Positions 26,550 to 37,766 of a stretch of DNA of 64,000 nucleotides are shown here, one piece after another. Origin of the DNA: an uncultured Candidatus Saccharibacteria bacterium (lineage in GTDB: Bacteria; Patescibacteriota; Andersenbacteria; UBA10190). The notes under the pieces were generated by a model. It did not search any database, was not told the DNA's origin, and saw only the letters and a program-made list of their open reading frames with translations. Location of the stretch: the NCBI GenBank assembly GCA_964372635.1, contig CAYJQW010000001.1, positions 4,083-68,082 on the forward strand, in the 5' to 3' direction. A program made the translations under genes and the position numbers. Within the stretch, counting starts at the first letter, position 1; each line of letters starts with the position of its first letter.

Positions 26550-27253
26550 TTTTTATCGGCAGGTGCGGAGGGCACTTCAGCTTCAGCATTTGTAGCTACA
26601 TCACCTTCTTCTACTAGCTCATCAGCCGGTTTATCTTTAACACCTTCAACACTCTCAACATCCTCACTAACTTCTCCTGAAAGCTGCTCCAACTCCGCCT
26701 CAGTTCTCGGCGCTTGGACAAGACAGATGACGGTTTCCTTATCGTCTAAAACCGTTACTGTTTTCTCAACTTTCAGATCACGAATGCGGATTCTTGTATC
26801 AAACTGTTGCAAGATACTAATGTCTACCTTGAATTCACGCGGTAAGTCCTTGGGCAAAGCTTCGACTTCAATAGTGTCTATATTTCGGACGAATACACCT
26901 CCAAGTTCCTTAACCGCAGATGCTTCACCAACAAAAAGGATCGGTACATTTGCCGAAACAACTTCATCCATCCGAACCTGGTAGAAATCGACATGTATAA
27001 CCTCACCCCGTAAAGGATGGTGCTGAATGTCCTTTATTAAGACGTTGTGCTCGCGACCCTCAACTGATAAATCCACTAACATGGTGTACCCAGCCTCGTG
27101 AAAAACTTTATCGAACATTTTAGAATCAACCTGAATCATTGCATTCTCAATGCCATGGCCATAGACTACCGCTGGCACTTGATCTTGGGCCCTAACCTGA
27201 CTCGCTCGTCCATGACGCATTTTTGCATTAAGTTGTAGTTCTGATGAAGCCAT
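26546..27253 (-). CDS. rplY: Ribosomal protein L25 / general stress protein Ctc
   Basis: KMRHGRASQVRAQDQVPAVVYGHG. The C-terminus is an acidic extension. Start taken at MASSELQ. Confidence 0.8.
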   Translation of the reverse strand: MASSELQLNAKMRHGRASQVRAQDQVPAVVYGHGIENAMIQVDSKMFDKVFHEAGYTMLVDLSVEGREHNVLIKDIQHHPLRGEVIHVDFYQVRMDEVVSANVPILFVGEASAVKELGGVFVRNIDTIEVEALPKDLPREFKVDISILQQFDTRIRIRDLKVEKTVTVLDDKETVICLVQAPRTEAELEQLSGEVSEDVESVEGVKDKPADELVEEGDVATNAEAEVPSAPADKN

Positions 27254-27445
27254 ACGAACATATTTTATACCATGTGAGCATGTACCATGCAACTATTATT
27301 ATAAAACATAATAATAACAGCTTCATTCACCAGAATTCTCTGCTCCTTTGTGAATCTTTCACGATTCTACTAATATCTGCCCGGACACCGCGCACCTACT
27401 TATTAAAGAATCATATAACTAACGAGAGCAATGCCCCATTAAAAT

Positions 27446-27778
27446 TTAACGCTTTGAATTCGTCAACCGTTTCAAGGCACCGGTATTATCCTTTTGGAGC
27501 AACTCGTACATATTTAACATGTCATTACCTGATACTTCCTTGTCTTCCATCATTCGCTTTGTATCTTCTTCCGTCATATCTGTCACCAGGCCAAGGCTCA
27601 CTATACCAAGACCAGACATAGCAACAATGGCAATAATCGAACTTTCACACTCGGTGCATGTAACATAGACCATAGTGGAGTCATCCTCTTCACCAATGAC
27701 TTTAGCACCATCAAGGTCATACTCGGCGCTGCAGAAGGGACAACGGGAGACGAAGTGTTGGTTATTATCGAACTCCAT
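27446..27778 (-). CDS. Hypothetical zinc-ribbon protein with one TM segment
   Basis: CPFC ... CTEC, then the hydrophobic IIAIVAMSGLGIVSLGLV. Confidence 0.4.
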   Translation of the reverse strand: MEFDNNQHFVSRCPFCSAEYDLDGAKVIGEEDDSTMVYVTCTECESSIIAIVAMSGLGIVSLGLVTDMTEEDTKRMMEDKEVSGNDMLNMYELLQKDNTGALKRLTNSKR

Positions 27779-27849
27779 GATTAGTTAATGGTAGCGTGTA
27801 AATAGTCATTTGTCAACTTAATATTTAACATATTGAACATAAATAGTAC

Positions 27850-28971
27850 TCACGTTAATTGCTCAAGCTCTCGAGGCGGTGCTTGAACCCATTTGCTGTA
27901 TACATGCACTGACTCAACTAATCCTAATAACAAAAAAGTTGCTACTAGATTTGAGCCACCATAACTTAAGAACGGTAAAGCAATTCCGGTCACCGGAAGT
28001 AATCCCATATTCATGCCAGCGCTTACGATTAAGCTAACCAGGATCAGGATAAATGTTCCAACCGCAATTACCTGGCCAAACGGATCACGTGTTTTTCTAG
28101 CAATGTGTAATAACCGCCATAGAATGATGGCATAGAGAGTAACTATTACCGCCACACCAATGAAACCAAGTTCCTCACCAATGCTGGCTAAAATGAAGTC
28201 AGTGTGCCGCTCAGGAAGAAACTGTAACTGTGATTGTGGTCCATGGCCTAAGCCCCGACCGATGATTCGACCCGAACCAAGTGCAACCATCGATTGTAAA
28301 ATGTTATAACCACTACCTCTTGGGTCATGGGTCGGGTCAAGAAAGACCAGCAGCCGTGCTCTTTGATAATCAAGAAAAAACCAATTCCAGGCTGCCGTGA
28401 AAGCAACCAGGCTTGCTAAGGCCATGCCAATAACAATACGCCAGCGTAAACCAAGAAAGACAAGTAAAAGTCCCCAAAGTGCCAGAATAATTCCAGCAAC
28501 ACCAAGATCAGGCTCGATGATTATTAAGCCGCTTGGAATTCCGATAATAAAAGCACTTTGAACAACCAACTTACCCGTCAATTCTGTTCTTTTGGCAAAT
28601 AACCAGGCTAAAGTGATTATGATAGCCACTTTCATATACTCTGAAGGCTGGAGCTGAAAGCCAAAAAATTCCAGGCGGCTAACCGTTCCACGAACAATTT
28701 GGCCCAGGAAAAATACGGTTAATAGTCCGGCCAGACCTATACCATAAAAAACCAGTGCGTATGACTTATAGAAGTGATATGGCAAACGGGCGAGCACAAA
28801 CGCGGCCACAAAGCCAATAACGGCGGCAACAGCTTGTTTTGTAAAGCGAGAGGAAAGCACTTCAGGACTTGTCACCGAGCTAAATAACATTGCCAGGCTC
28901 ACTAGGACAAGAAGTAAGGCCGCCACGATAAGAATCCAATCTAGGGAACGAAGAGTCTCGAAAAAACGCAT
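27850..28971 (-). CDS. SEDS-family glycosyltransferase (FtsW/RodA)
   Basis: 373 aa, ~10 TM helices, and a conserved SEDS C-terminal region. Confidence 0.75.
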   Translation of the reverse strand: MRFFETLRSLDWILIVAALLLVLVSLAMLFSSVTSPEVLSSRFTKQAVAAVIGFVAAFVLARLPYHFYKSYALVFYGIGLAGLLTVFFLGQIVRGTVSRLEFFGFQLQPSEYMKVAIIITLAWLFAKRTELTGKLVVQSAFIIGIPSGLIIIEPDLGVAGIILALWGLLLVFLGLRWRIVIGMALASLVAFTAAWNWFFLDYQRARLLVFLDPTHDPRGSGYNILQSMVALGSGRIIGRGLGHGPQSQLQFLPERHTDFILASIGEELGFIGVAVIVTLYAIILWRLLHIARKTRDPFGQVIAVGTFILILVSLIVSAGMNMGLLPVTGIALPFLSYGGSNLVATFLLLGLVESVHVYSKWVQAPPRELEQLT

Positions 28972-29066
28972 AGTACTATTTCAAGTATCAGAAAAATGAG
29001 CGTATCACAACTTTAAATCCCGCTAATTATTTTCTCTAGCAAAAGGCGTACTGACTACTCCATCCA

Positions 29067-29837
29067 TTAACGCAGTTTATTGGGATCGCCAATGACACGG
29101 ATAATTGCCTCTTCATTAAAAATATTGGTATTAGCAAATGTTAAAACGCGGGTCGTCGGAATCGTTGGTTGCGGCCATTGAACGGTGAATTCACGTTGCT
29201 CGGAAGCCTTTAGCTCGCCAACAAACGTCGTACCAACGCCCGTAACTCCCCCGGCCGCATTGAGGGCAATAGCCGTGATAGAAACATGTTGAAAATCAAA
29301 GTTACTATCGTTCTCAGCTACTCCTTTTTGTTCCTCGATTGACTGATCACCTATAAGTCTTGTAGCACGTGATCGCAAGAATGTACCTAAAGATGGCAAT
29401 GTCAGACTAGGGGGAAAACCCGTGTAGTCTGGCTGTAAAGGTATTTTAGCAGTCGCGTCACCGACCGCAGTGTCAACAGAAATTTCCAGGGCAACAACAT
29501 ATTGAAGACTACCCGGTAAAATGTAGGAATTAACCACCTCCTCGGTAATGGTCTGCCCAGAAGCATCGGTGATATTAAAAGTCACCGGCAAGAAAGCCAC
29601 CCCGGATTGTTGATTGGGATTACGCAAACGAGCCACCACATCAACTGAGCGACCATGATCTACAACTGAGACTTCCTCAACAATTATTGCCAGAAGTGAA
29701 GTGGGGGTAGCCTGCATAATAGGCCCAGGAGATCTTTTAGGTTGAAATAGTAGAACAATAATAATGCCGGCAACTACAACAAATAAAACACAGCCTCCGG
29801 CATAGGTCGCCTGCTTAAGTATTCGCTGGGTAGACAT
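29067..29837 (-). CDS. Hypothetical membrane-anchored protein
   Basis: One N-terminal TM helix. No motif recognised. Confidence 0.4.
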   Translation of the reverse strand: MSTQRILKQATYAGGCVLFVVVAGIIIVLLFQPKRSPGPIMQATPTSLLAIIVEEVSVVDHGRSVDVVARLRNPNQQSGVAFLPVTFNITDASGQTITEEVVNSYILPGSLQYVVALEISVDTAVGDATAKIPLQPDYTGFPPSLTLPSLGTFLRSRATRLIGDQSIEEQKGVAENDSNFDFQHVSITAIALNAAGGVTGVGTTFVGELKASEQREFTVQWPQPTIPTTRVLTFANTNIFNEEAIIRVIGDPNKLR

Positions 29838-30010
29838 TGGGATTAATTATAGCATTTCTTTCGACAACACCTGTAAATTTAGCCTTTGTGCCTGACTTAA
29901 ATTAGAGCTAACGTTAGATCAATATTCATGGCTTGATCTGACAATTCAAATTAATAATCAGTGTCCTCGCCTGTAACAATCGTTAAAGGTATACTGTCGA
30001 GACTAAAACT

Positions 30011-33000
30011 ATGGCTGATTTTACCCACTTACACGTTCATAGCCATTACTCACTGCTGGATGGGCTGGGAAAAATAAGACCGATGCTCGCTCAGACACGG
30101 GCGCTAGACATGGACTCAATTGCTTTAACTGATCACGGCGTTATGTACGGCATTATTGAGTTTGTTCAAGCTGCTCGGGAAGCCGGTGTCAAACCAATCA
30201 TCGGAGTAGAAGCATACGTAGCCCCAAAGGGACGTAAAAACAAGCGGGGTAAAATTGATACCTCCCCCAGACACATCACGTTATTAGCCCAAAACAATCA
30301 AGGCTACAAGAATCTATTGCAATTAACGACCAAGGCACATCTGGAGGGCTATTACTACAAACCACGCCTTGATTACGAATTACTAGAACAACATGCCGAT
30401 GGCTTAATTGTGCTTTCAGGTTGTCTTAATAGCGATATTGCACGAGCCCTTACTGAGAAAAGGCTCGACGATGCCAGAAGTCTTGTTAAGTGGCATCTCG
30501 AAAGATTTGGCCGAGATCGGTATTATCTTGAAGTTCAACGTCATGATAATATTCCCGCCCAAAAAATAGCTAATGAAGGTCTAATCTCATTGGCAGCAGA
30601 ATTTGAGATCGGACTCATAGCGACAGCTGATACTCATTATATTCATCCCGAGGACGCCGAGGCACACGATGTCTTAATTTGCGTACAAACAGGAAAAACT
30701 GTTCAGGATAAAGATCGTATGCGCATGCTCGACGATGATTTTTCCCTAAAATCTCCAGCTGAAATGAAGAAGTTGTGGCGTGATCACCCCCAAGCTATTG
30801 AAAATAGTCAGCGTATCTCAGACATGTGCACAGTCGACATTGAGTTTGGGGTTAACAGGTTGCCTCGGTTTCCTCTGCCAAAAAATAAAACTGCTGATGA
30901 ATATTTAAGAGAACTGTGCCTAAGTGGTTTAGAAAAACGCTATGGCTCAAATAAAGAAAGCTCAATTGAAGCCAAGGAAGAACAAAATGAACGATTAGAT
31001 TACGAGTTATCAGTCATTAAAAAAACGGGCTATGCCTCATATTTTCTAATCGTGGCAGACTTTGTAAACGAGGCTAAAGATCGCGGAATTCTGGTGGGAC
31101 CAGGTCGAGGTAGCGTTGCCGGTAGTCTTGTTTCCTATGCGATGAACATTACAAACATTGACCCCCTAGCTTACAACTTACTTTTTGAGCGCTTTCTGAA
31201 CCCCGAACGCGTCTCCATGCCTGATATTGATATCGATTTTGCCGATGACCGCCGAGATGAGGTAATTCAGTATGTTCGCGAAAAATATGGTCATGAGCAT
31301 GTCGCTCAAATTATTACATTTGGTACCATGGCCGCCCGAGCTGCCGTTCGCGATGCCGGACGAGCCCTGGGCCTGCCTTACGCTTTTTGTGACAAGGTCG
31401 CTAAAGCAATACCAGCCTTCATGAACTTTAATGAAGCCCTCAAGACTTCTGATTTGAAGATGTTGTACGATCAAGATCCTGCGGTCAAAAAATTAATCGA
31501 TACGGCGATGAGACTTGAAGGTGTTGCCCGTCATGCTTCGACCCATGCTGCCGGTGTTGTCATTACCGATGAGCCCTTAGTGGAGTATGTACCTCTGCAA
31601 CTCTCTTTAACCGGCGATGAATCAGCCGCTATTACGCAGTATGCGATGTATGACGTGGAGGCGCTCGGACTGCTCAAAATGGACTTTCTTGGCCTAAAAA
31701 ATCTTACGATTATCCAGAATACTTTGGCACGAATAAAGAAAAGATATGATCTGGTAATCGATCTTGATGGTTTACCGCTAAACGACACCAAGACTTACGC
31801 TTTACTTCAGGAAGGAAAATCAACTGGCGTGTTTCAACTTGAGTCATCCGGCATGAAACGCTACCTGCGTGACTTAAAACCAACTGAACTTGAAGATTTA
31901 ATTTCCATGGTGTCACTTTATCGTCCCGGACCAATGGAATCGATCCCTGATTTCATCGCAGCTAAACACGGCAGGAAGAAAATAAAGTACTTGCATCCGC
32001 TCCTACAACCTATTTTAGAGAAAACATATGGCGTTATTGTGACTCAAGACCAAGTCTTGCAAATTGCCCGCGTGTTTGCCGGATTTAGTTATGCTGAGGC
32101 CGACATTCTGCGCAAAGCAGTCGGTAAGAAAATAAAATCATTACTGGATGAACAAAGAGACAAGTTTATTAAAGGAGCCATAGCCACCAATCAAGTTAGT
32201 ATGGAATTGGCCAGAAAAGTCTGGGACTTTATTGAGCCTTTTGCCCGTTATGGATTTAATCGCGCTCACGCCGCTTGCTACGCCTTAATTTCCTACCAAA
32301 CTGCCTATTTAAAGGCTAACTATCCGGCTGAATTCATGGCTGCTTTATTAACAAGCGATGAAGGCAACATTGATCGGGCAGCCGTTGAAATCGCCGAAGT
32401 CGTTGCTTTAGGCCTAACAATTCTGCCACCTGACATCAATGAAAGTGATCCTACGTTTACGGTCGTTGATTTGGACCAAGCAGAGGGAAAAGTATCTAAG
32501 AACATGCCTTCTGCCCGTCAAGCAATTCGCTTTGGGCTGGCTGGCGTTAAAAATGTTGGGCAAAATGTTGTGAGTGCCATTATCACCGAGCGATCTATTC
32601 ACGGACCATTTAAAGATTTATCAGATTTATTTGCTCGCGTTGAATCACGTAATTTCAATCGAAAGTCGGTGGAAAGTCTGGCTCGGGCCGGTGCCTTCGA
32701 TCTTCTTGGTGAACGTCAGCAAATTCTAACCAATATTGAGGCCTTACTTGAATTTAACCGATCGCTTCACAGGAAGCAGGATAAGGGACAAAAGGGCTTG
32801 TTTGGTAGTAGCGTGTCAGCTCCCCTGCCACGCCTGACGCTAGCAGCAGCAGAGCCGGCCTCGAAGGAAGACAGGCTTAAATGGGAAAAAGAATTGCTTG
32901 GTATTTACGTTTCCGAACATCCCTTGTCTGAATATCAAAATGATCTGGCCAAGATAGTGACTCCGGTGCAGGAGTTGTCCGGACTGGGCGCCGGCCGAAG

Positions 33001-33547
33001 AGTTCGCATCGCCGGTGTAACCACTCGTATTAAAAATATTATGACGAAAGCAAATCAACCGATGTTATTCGTTGAAATTGAAGATATGACAGGGACCACT
33101 GAAATTTTAGTTTTCTCGAGTACACTGGCGGCGACTAAAAGTATCTGGCTTACCGGGGCATCGCTTATTATTGAAGGAAAGCTCTCAGACAAGGATGGCG
33201 AGAGTAAAATTCTTACTGATAAAGTTTGGCCTCTGACACGTGAAATAATGAAAAAGTTTGTCAGTTTACCGTCTCATGCGACATCCGCCAATGTAAGATC
33301 ATCTTCTCGAAACATTCGCCTACTTCGCATCCAACTGCCGGCACACTTTTCAAAAGAGTCACTTCAAGACCTTCAGAAATTTCTAGTTAAACATAAGACC
33401 AAGCAAGGTGTGCCGGTTGAGCTGACCCTGCCGAATAATGGCAGCGTCACCCATGTTCAGACAAAATACATAATTTCAGCAGATGAAGAGACATTACGAC
33501 TTCTGCGTAAATTAGTCGGGCTGCGATCGGTATCAGTTTCAGTGTAG
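30011..33547 (+). CDS. dnaE: DNA polymerase III alpha subunit
   Basis: 1178 aa. PHP domain N-terminus (HLHVHSHYSLLDG), then the polymerase core and an OB-fold region. Confidence 0.9.
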   Translation: MADFTHLHVHSHYSLLDGLGKIRPMLAQTRALDMDSIALTDHGVMYGIIEFVQAAREAGVKPIIGVEAYVAPKGRKNKRGKIDTSPRHITLLAQNNQGYKNLLQLTTKAHLEGYYYKPRLDYELLEQHADGLIVLSGCLNSDIARALTEKRLDDARSLVKWHLERFGRDRYYLEVQRHDNIPAQKIANEGLISLAAEFEIGLIATADTHYIHPEDAEAHDVLICVQTGKTVQDKDRMRMLDDDFSLKSPAEMKKLWRDHPQAIENSQRISDMCTVDIEFGVNRLPRFPLPKNKTADEYLRELCLSGLEKRYGSNKESSIEAKEEQNERLDYELSVIKKTGYASYFLIVADFVNEAKDRGILVGPGRGSVAGSLVSYAMNITNIDPLAYNLLFERFLNPERVSMPDIDIDFADDRRDEVIQYVREKYGHEHVAQIITFGTMAARAAVRDAGRALGLPYAFCDKVAKAIPAFMNFNEALKTSDLKMLYDQDPAVKKLIDTAMRLEGVARHASTHAAGVVITDEPLVEYVPLQLSLTGDESAAITQYAMYDVEALGLLKMDFLGLKNLTIIQNTLARIKKRYDLVIDLDGLPLNDTKTYALLQEGKSTGVFQLESSGMKRYLRDLKPTELEDLISMVSLYRPGPMESIPDFIAAKHGRKKIKYLHPLLQPILEKTYGVIVTQDQVLQIARVFAGFSYAEADILRKAVGKKIKSLLDEQRDKFIKGAIATNQVSMELARKVWDFIEPFARYGFNRAHAACYALISYQTAYLKANYPAEFMAALLTSDEGNIDRAAVEIAEVVALGLTILPPDINESDPTFTVVDLDQAEGKVSKNMPSARQAIRFGLAGVKNVGQNVVSAIITERSIHGPFKDLSDLFARVESRNFNRKSVESLARAGAFDLLGERQQILTNIEALLEFNRSLHRKQDKGQKGLFGSSVSAPLPRLTLAAAEPASKEDRLKWEKELLGIYVSEHPLSEYQNDLAKIVTPVQELSGLGAGRRVRIAGVTTRIKNIMTKANQPMLFVEIEDMTGTTEILVFSSTLAATKSIWLTGASLIIEGKLSDKDGESKILTDKVWPLTREIMKKFVSLPSHATSANVRSSSRNIRLLRIQLPAHFSKESLQDLQKFLVKHKTKQGVPVELTLPNNGSVTHVQTKYIISADEETLRLLRKLVGLRSVSVSV

Positions 33548-33630
33548 AAAAAATAATCAAGTATATTCCGACTCAATTTTAAATAAGTTTTCCGGAGATC
33601 GACTGTATATGGCTGCCGTATGCACAACGC

Positions 33631-33969
33631 CTAGTACTTACATTTCCTTAAATAAAAATGAGCCTTAGACGCAAAGCGCAAGGTGAACGCATCCTGCTTC
33701 ATCATGTCGGCCGACCAATCGCTGACGTTCATGCCGCGCTCTTTGAGCGAGGGAATGAACTTGTCGCGGCTGAGGTTGCCAATCGTGATGGTCTTCCAAA
33801 CCATAAAATGGGTGGGGTCAGCGGTGATGGCCGCTAGTGAGTCGTCGGTGTCGAGGGTTACTTTAACCTGACGACAATCGAGCAATTTTCGAGCGTTGTC
33901 TTCGCCGATCTTGTTCAAGAGCGCCTCGATCTGGCCAAAAGTCCACATGCCGTATTTCATGACAAACAT
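33631..33969 (-). CDS. Orphan hypothetical protein on a short high-GC patch
   Basis: Local GC is ~55%, against ~40% in the flanks. 112 aa. Confidence 0.45.
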   Translation of the reverse strand: MFVMKYGMWTFGQIEALLNKIGEDNARKLLDCRQVKVTLDTDDSLAAITADPTHFMVWKTITIGNLSRDKFIPSLKERGMNVSDWSADMMKQDAFTLRFASKAHFYLRKCKY

Positions 33970-34204
33970 CCTTTCCAGGCTGTGCGCCTGAAAGATCTAC
34001 TCCTTCCCGGAGTAACGGGGGCTACGTTATTAAGCAGCCAGAGTGAAAAGAACTGAAACGATGCATTCCAACATAATTTTGTTTACTTCTTTTGTATCTG
34101 CTTGTCAAGTATTAATCGCTTACTTAGTCCGTTATACTAAAAAACCATTATGCAGAAATTGTTCCTCGCCCCAGCTAAATTAACACCGAACTCAAAAATT
34201 ATTA

Positions 34205-35404
34205 GTGTCTGGCCAGTGCCGCCTACGATTTTATTTTATAATTTATCTTAAATCCGTGGCTTCAATAATAATTCCCCGCTCCACAATCTGGTTATTAATT
34301 GTGCTGTTGATTTTCGGCATATTGGCCGGTTTTGGCTACGTGTATCTGCCCCAGGCGAAAATTACGGTAACACCGGCTATATTTGTCAAACCAACACAGC
34401 AGGAAATGACGTTATCAAGTATTGTCACCGAGCCTGACTTTGTTCGATTTATTCTGCCAGCACGAGTTGTTGAAGCAAACGTCACGGAAAACCAATTGAT
34501 ACAGCGCGAGGGTGGCGTAACAGCTGATGATTTCGCTCGTGGACTAGTCACTTTTTATAATAAGCAAGATGAAGAACAGCCCCTGCTGCCAAAAACAAAT
34601 TTGCGTCATGAGACCTCGGGTGTTTTTTTTCTAACAGATCAGCCGGTTCGTATCCCACCCCAAGGCACGATAACAGTAGCGGTAACCGCTAAGGAATCAG
34701 GAGCGGTTGGAAATGTGCCCGCCGGCCGTTTTATTGTTGATAAATTGCCCGCTAGTTTACAGACAGTTGTTTATGCCGAAAGCACCACGCCATTCACGGG
34801 AGGACAGATATTTGATACACCCCTTACCGAGGAAGAATTAAATACAGCCCGAGAACGTGTTGACCAGCAAGCAAGAACAAGGCTGACCGGGGAATTAACG
34901 TTGGCAGCTGGTGGCGCAAATGTGCGATCCGATCTCACTGTGATTGAAACTAAAGAGAATGTGGTTACAGCAGAAGTCGGCAGCAAAACAACGTCTTTCA
35001 CCGCAAGCGTCAGTCTTCGGGGAAGAGCATTCGTCGGCGACGATAATGACCTATTAGGATTATCTGTTCTGGCTTTAAGATCTTTCTCAAATGAAAATGA
35101 AGATTTTGTCTCATATAATCCTGATTCATTTGCCATCGAGATTGTGAAAGTTGATTTTGAGCGCGGTGAAGCCCGTGTTAAAACTTCTGTTACGGGAAAT
35201 TACGCCCGCAAAACTGAAGCTGGGGTCTTTGATGTTAGTAATCTCGCCGGTCGATCCGCTGCTGAAATACAGGAGTATTATCGCCAATTCGCTAGTGTTC
35301 AGGATGTGGTGATAAAATTTTGGCCCTTTTGGGTTCAATCTATTCCCTCGCGCCCCTCAGCCACAGAAATTATCGTAAAAAATAACAGCCGAGGTAGCCA
35401 ATAA
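34205..35404 (+). CDS. Hypothetical membrane-anchored protein (~390 aa)
   Basis: N-terminal TM helix. Start uncertain. Confidence 0.45.
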   Translation: MSGQCRLRFYFIIYLKSVASIIIPRSTIWLLIVLLIFGILAGFGYVYLPQAKITVTPAIFVKPTQQEMTLSSIVTEPDFVRFILPARVVEANVTENQLIQREGGVTADDFARGLVTFYNKQDEEQPLLPKTNLRHETSGVFFLTDQPVRIPPQGTITVAVTAKESGAVGNVPAGRFIVDKLPASLQTVVYAESTTPFTGGQIFDTPLTEEELNTARERVDQQARTRLTGELTLAAGGANVRSDLTVIETKENVVTAEVGSKTTSFTASVSLRGRAFVGDDNDLLGLSVLALRSFSNENEDFVSYNPDSFAIEIVKVDFERGEARVKTSVTGNYARKTEAGVFDVSNLAGRSAAEIQEYYRQFASVQDVVIKFWPFWVQSIPSRPSATEIIVKNNSRGSQ

Positions 35405-35540
35405 TTAAAAGGTGGCAATTTTTTAGTTGATACACCAGTCTGTCAGCCTTTGACGTATAAGATTTGACAAGTATTATCCTCAACCTAAGATACATAGGCG
35501 TAGTAATGCACTTTTTAAATTCAGTCAGAAGGAGCAAAAC

Positions 35541-35849
35541 ATGCAATATTTAGTCCGGCGAGGTTCGAATAAGAAAGAGATTATTATTGACTTTAGCGGC
35601 CGTCTGGATATACGCGATTCGTCCGGGCAAATCGGTTTATTGCCTGGCATCGACAGCGTCACAAATTCAGGGCACCATGGCATCAGCCTGATGATAGCTG
35701 AAATTTTTGCGCGAGATGAGAACGTAACTCTAGAATTACTGAGAAAGTGTTTGCTTATAATTCTTAAAACCCCTGGATTCATGCGTCCTCTAGAATCTTT
35801 TTCGGAAGTCGGCAGTACGACGAATATTCATCTCTTTAGTAATCTTTAA
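35541..35849 (+). CDS. Hypothetical protein (102 aa)
   Basis: An AGGAG RBS precedes the ATG. Confidence 0.4.
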   Translation: MQYLVRRGSNKKEIIIDFSGRLDIRDSSGQIGLLPGIDSVTNSGHHGISLMIAEIFARDENVTLELLRKCLLIILKTPGFMRPLESFSEVGSTTNIHLFSNL

Positions 35850-35998
35850 TAATTTGAAAAAAGTTTTATCTTCTAGATTTAGCTCTTTTCATTTTTCCAC
35901 CTGTCTCTTCATGACAGGTTTTTTTGTGTAATTTTGAATTTAACTACTACTTATTTACCACTTGCTCATGATACGCTTACCTGATAGAAAAATAGGTT

Positions 35999-37738
35999 AT
36001 GGCTACAAACAATGACACTTTGCAAAAAATGCGACACACCGCCGCCCACGTGCTGGCGGCAGCTTCAGCACAGTTGAAACCCGAAACACGTTTGGGGGTC
36101 GGGCCAGCAATTGATGATGGGTTTTACCATGATATTGAAGTTGACGAAAATTGGACGGAAGCTGATTTGCCCAAACTCCAGAAAAAGATGGAAGAGATAA
36201 AGAATATGGCCTTACCGATCACACATCGTCAGATGGATAAATCTGAAGCAAAAAAACTGTTTGCTAAAGATCCCTACAAGATCGAGTTAATTGATGAAAT
36301 TCCTGACGAGACCGTGGGAATATCTGACATGGGTGGTGGTTTCTTTATTACATTATGTAAGGGCGGCCATGTCGCCTCAACAGCGGATATCGGGGAGTTT
36401 AGGCTAACTCGACTGGCTGGAGTGTATTGGCAAGGAGATGCCCTGAAACCTCAATTGCAACGAATTTATGGAGTCCTTTTCCCAACAAAGAAGGAGCTTA
36501 AAGAACACTTAAGATTACGCGAGGAAGCCGTAAAACGCGATCACAGAAGGCTAGGTAAAGAGCTTGATCTTTTCACCTTTTCTCCATTGGTTGGCCCGGG
36601 TTTACCTCTTTTTACTCCACGCGGCACAATCATAAGGCGAGAGTTAGAAAACTTCCTGCAATCTTTGCAAGAGCCACGCGGCTATTCTCAAGTAACGATT
36701 CCTCATATAGCTAAGAGCGAACTATATAAGGTTTCGGGTCATTGGGATAAATTCAAGGAAAATCTTTTTTACGTGAAAGGTAAGACAAATGATGAGTTAG
36801 TTATAAAACCAATGAATTGCCCGCATCATACCCAGATCTATGCTGCCCGACCGCGTAGTTATCGTGATCTACCCCTGAGATTGGCTGAGACAACTATGAT
36901 CTATCGTGATGAAAAACCAGGCGAGCTGCTAGGCCTAGCTCGAGTCAGAAGCATCACGCAAGACGATGCCCATATTTTTTGCACGCCGGATCAGTTATCA
37001 GAAGAAATATCGACGATTATTGATTTGGTGAGTGAGTTTTATGCAGCCTTCAATTTCAAACTTGAAGCTCACTTGTCAGTGCGTGATCTGAAGTCATCCA
37101 AGAAGTACCTTGGTGATGATGCGATCTGGGAAAAAGCTGAGGCTCAACTGGCTGAGTCCTTAACTACCCGAGGTATGAAATATAAGCGTGATGAAGGCGA
37201 AGCAGCTTTTTACGGCCCAAAGATTGACTTTATTGCCCAAGATTCTCTGAATCGTTCCTGGCAGCTTGCTACGATTCAACTCGATTTTAATATGCCTGTT
37301 CGCTTCGGACTGACCTACGACAGCCCTGATGGGTCAAGCCAGATACCAATTATGATCCACCGAGCTATTTCAGGTTCGATCGAACGATTTTTGGCAATAC
37401 TACTGGAGCACTATGCTGGTGCCTTGCCACTGTGGCTCTCCCCCCTTCAAGTTATGGTGGTGCCAATTTCAGATGAACAACATGACTATGCCCAGAAATT
37501 AGAGTCAGCTTTGGTTGCAGCCAAAATACGGGCTCAAGTAGATGATCGCCCTCAAACTATGGGTAAAAAAATACGTGAAGCTGAAGTTATGAAGGTTCCA
37601 GTCATTGTGATTGCCGGTCAAAAAGAAGTGACAGCTCAAACTGTTTCAGTTCGATCCCGAGTATTAGAAGTTGAAAGTATAACAACCATTGCTAGTCTTG
37701 TTCAAAAAATTTCAGATGTTATAAGTCAGCGCGGCTAG
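35999..37738 (+). CDS. thrS: Threonyl-tRNA synthetase lacking the N-terminal TGS domain
   Basis: Begins in the editing domain (RHTAAHVLA, HxxxH). The class II catalytic core and anticodon-binding domain follow. 579 aa, against the usual ~640. Confidence 0.85.
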   Translation: MATNNDTLQKMRHTAAHVLAAASAQLKPETRLGVGPAIDDGFYHDIEVDENWTEADLPKLQKKMEEIKNMALPITHRQMDKSEAKKLFAKDPYKIELIDEIPDETVGISDMGGGFFITLCKGGHVASTADIGEFRLTRLAGVYWQGDALKPQLQRIYGVLFPTKKELKEHLRLREEAVKRDHRRLGKELDLFTFSPLVGPGLPLFTPRGTIIRRELENFLQSLQEPRGYSQVTIPHIAKSELYKVSGHWDKFKENLFYVKGKTNDELVIKPMNCPHHTQIYAARPRSYRDLPLRLAETTMIYRDEKPGELLGLARVRSITQDDAHIFCTPDQLSEEISTIIDLVSEFYAAFNFKLEAHLSVRDLKSSKKYLGDDAIWEKAEAQLAESLTTRGMKYKRDEGEAAFYGPKIDFIAQDSLNRSWQLATIQLDFNMPVRFGLTYDSPDGSSQIPIMIHRAISGSIERFLAILLEHYAGALPLWLSPLQVMVVPISDEQHDYAQKLESALVAAKIRAQVDDRPQTMGKKIREAEVMKVPVIVIAGQKEVTAQTVSVRSRVLEVESITTIASLVQKISDVISQRG

Positions 37739-37766
37739 CCCAGATTATCTTTGCAAAAGCCGAAAA

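Noticed and set aside
31178-33058. Short antisense ORFs inside dnaE
   Set aside because: They are embedded in a well-conserved 1178-aa gene on the opposite strand.
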